Source: an uncultured Rhodospirillaceae bacterium
GTDB lineage: Bacteria; Pseudomonadota; Alphaproteobacteria; GCA-2731375
Reading direction: 5' to 3'
NCBI GenBank assembly: GCA_964590195.1
Contig: CAZPWJ010000001.1
Location: forward strand, 175,882-239,881
DNA length: 64,000 bases
The notes beneath the pieces were generated by a model. It made no database searches and was not told where the DNA came from. It worked only from the letters and a program-made list of their open reading frames with translations. Position numbers and translations under genes: made by a program. Of the stretch, positions 63,902 through 64,000 are shown in pieces. How positions within the stretch are numbered: position 1 is the first letter of the stretch; each line of letters opens with the position of its first letter.

Positions 63902-64000
63902 GTGACCGTGAAAATGACCACCCTGGCCAATGGCCTGCGGGTAATTTCCGAAGGCCGGGAAGGTCTGCAGACCACCGCCGTCGGCGTCTGGGTCGATGCC
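63902..64000 (+). CDS. M16 (pitrilysin/MPP-like) peptidase, N-terminus only
   Basis: VTVKMTTLANGLRVISEG...AVGVWVDA; usual position after thrC. Confidence 0.75.
   Translation, partial: MTVKMTTLANGLRVISEGREGLQTTAVGVWVDA

Overview
GC-rich alphaproteobacterial chromosome segment (probably Rhodospirillales-like, inferred from gene content and order). It is mostly housekeeping: dapF-mtaB-ftsY, glyQS-ppdK, dnaN-recF-gyrB-PBP1A, class II RNR nrdJ, ftsEX-zitP-hpt-cpdR, dcd, tldD and the aa3 cytochrome c oxidase cluster through thrC. A catabolic/signalling block lies at about 27-37 kb and an accessory-looking block at about 44.4-52.9 kb. I recognised no rRNA, tRNA, CRISPR array, integrase or transposase. 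Main signals: (1) a 260-bp non-coding element at 49595-49854 with perfect 21-bp terminal inverted repeats around two inverted, homologous 92-nt hairpin units whose stems have diverged while keeping their pairing; (2) a FIST/NosP-type sensor next to a class III nucleotide cyclase whose two base-specifying residues are both non-canonical (K->Q, T/D->N); (3) a 129-bp CTAG-bounded palindrome that supplies the stop codons of both flanking genes; (4) an orphan DnaB-like ATPase behind tldD; (5) two single-base lesions (a frameshift in a Mo-hydroxylase large subunit and a nonsense codon in an M32 carboxypeptidase), which may be recent pseudogenisation or sequence errors. All product calls come from motif recognition by eye, not database searches.
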